64,000 bases of DNA from Lytechinus pictus. Lineage: Eukaryota. Each line of letters begins with the position of its first letter. The stretch's first letter is position 1. The stretch is from contig NC_087257.1 of NCBI RefSeq assembly GCF_037042905.1, forward strand, positions 25,234,001 through 25,298,000. Reading direction: 5' to 3'. Positions 62,799 through 64,000 of the stretch are shown one piece after another. Made by a program: the position numbers and the translations under genes. Under the pieces are notes generated by a model, which worked only from the letters and a program-made list of their open reading frames with translations, was not told the DNA's origin and searched no databases.

Positions 62799-63569
62799 AG
62801 GGTGGGTGTGGTTTGGTGACAACCTTTATATTCGTCAAAGATTTTGCAATAATACCTAAAGCCTACATGTAGGTTAACATACGGATATGGCAATTGATTA
62901 TAAGCTTATATTATAATGAACATTGTCATTTTGTTAGCAAATTGATATTTACTAGGAATCCTACATGTATATTATTCAGAAATGTGTATTCGTTACGGTT
63001 GAGTATTGTGTCAATATTTCACAAAAGGTCAAATATTTCATTTAATTGATCAATATTAATTGAGGTTGCACTCTGTAAATATTTCATCTTAACTTTACGA
63101 AATAAGTTTGTTCTCGAGAAAGGTTATTTGCGGGGCCGTTACGTTTAGGAACAAAGACTGTTGTTTCCGTGCGACAAAATAATGATGTGTCAATACACAC
63201 AAAATATTGAATATTGATGATATTGCAGCGTGCAAATTATTTTGTGGGGAGTCACATTATTTGTTAACAATGTATGCGTATGCGACCAAGCGCGTTATGA
63301 CTTGGCCCGCCCGGCGATTCAATGTCCTGCTAATCGTGTGTGAAAATGACATCGAGGACGCCACTTCCGGTGGGAGAGAAAGAGAGGAGAGAGCTCATTG
63401 CGGTGGGTGACGTCACAAAAGGTGTAACAGCTGAAGTTGACGTTTTTGTGACATGCTGCTTGGACTTTTTTATGCTGATACTTTCGTGTATATTATGTAC
63501 CAAATTGAGTCATCGATGTAGATTCCAGAAAATAATATTTTTGAAAATTTTGTAAAAGTACTTCAGCTT

Positions 63570-64000
63570 TTAAGGACAAGTCCACCCCAACAAAAAGTTG
63601 ATTTTGATAAAAAGAGAAAAATTCCAACGAGCATAATTCTGAAAATTTCATCAATATCGGATATAAAATAAGAAAGTTATGACATTTTAAAATTTTGCTT
63701 AATATCACAAAACAATCATATCCATATTATGTTCGGTATGCAAATGAGGAGACTGATGACGTCACCTACTCATTATTTCTTTTGTGTTTTATGTTATGAA
63801 ATATGAAATTTTCTAATTTTCTCCTCATGGTCAAGTGAAAGTGAAACTAAGATAAATTCCTCCCTAAAGAACAGAACATGTGGAATTAGCGTTATTTTGA
63901 CACTATATGGTTCATTCAAGTTGGCCCTTATTGTCAAATCTGTAAAAATGATATATTTCATAATTCAAACAATAAAAAAAAATAGTGAGGGACATCATCG
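63570..64000. mobile_element. Kolobok-like non-autonomous element, cut by the window edge
   Basis: Begins ttaa-ggacaagtccacccc, followed by the aaaatttcatcaatatcgg...aagaaagttatgac repeat text typical of TTAA-flanked elements; the second end is not in the window. Confidence 0.5.

Noticed and set aside
46464-64000. Integrin exon 2 or nested genes in the long intron
   Set aside because: I found no LVGAP-type FG-GAP exon or other convincing coding segment; the listed short ORFs look random or TE-derived. A small exon could have been missed.

Overview
Eukaryotic, AT-rich, intron- and repeat-rich DNA, most likely from a sea urchin such as Lytechinus (inferred from the integrin alpha N-terminus and the repeat types). 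Five spliced protein-coding genes can be assembled by hand. WDR12 (minus strand, exons 1-4) runs off the left edge. MRPL17 (minus, 3 exons) carries an intact, young CsRn1-clade Gypsy LTR retrotransposon antisense in intron 1. KLHL10 (plus, 9 exons) has a candidate alternative acidic terminal exon. A TMEM249/CatSper-theta homolog (plus, 6 exons) is not recoverable from the ORF track, and its last intron is a U12-type AT-AC intron. An integrin alpha gene contributes exon 1 followed by a >17 kb intron. The rest is non-autonomous DNA transposons/MITEs (Tc1/mariner, hAT, piggyBac, Harbinger-like, IS3EU-like, Sola2-like, Kolobok-like, Crypton-like, Helentron/HINE-like), LINE fragments and microsatellites. 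Three observations stand out: (1) a SINE-like element with a 7SL-RNA/Alu-like head, a Deu/Nin-like core and a (CA)n tail, whereas I know 7SL-derived SINEs only from Euarchontoglires and hagfish; (2) the CatSper-theta homolog with its minor-spliceosome intron; (3) dense, chained TA-NNNN-TA palindromes that look like DNA-transposon excision footprints. All homology calls come from recalled sequences and motifs, not from database searches.
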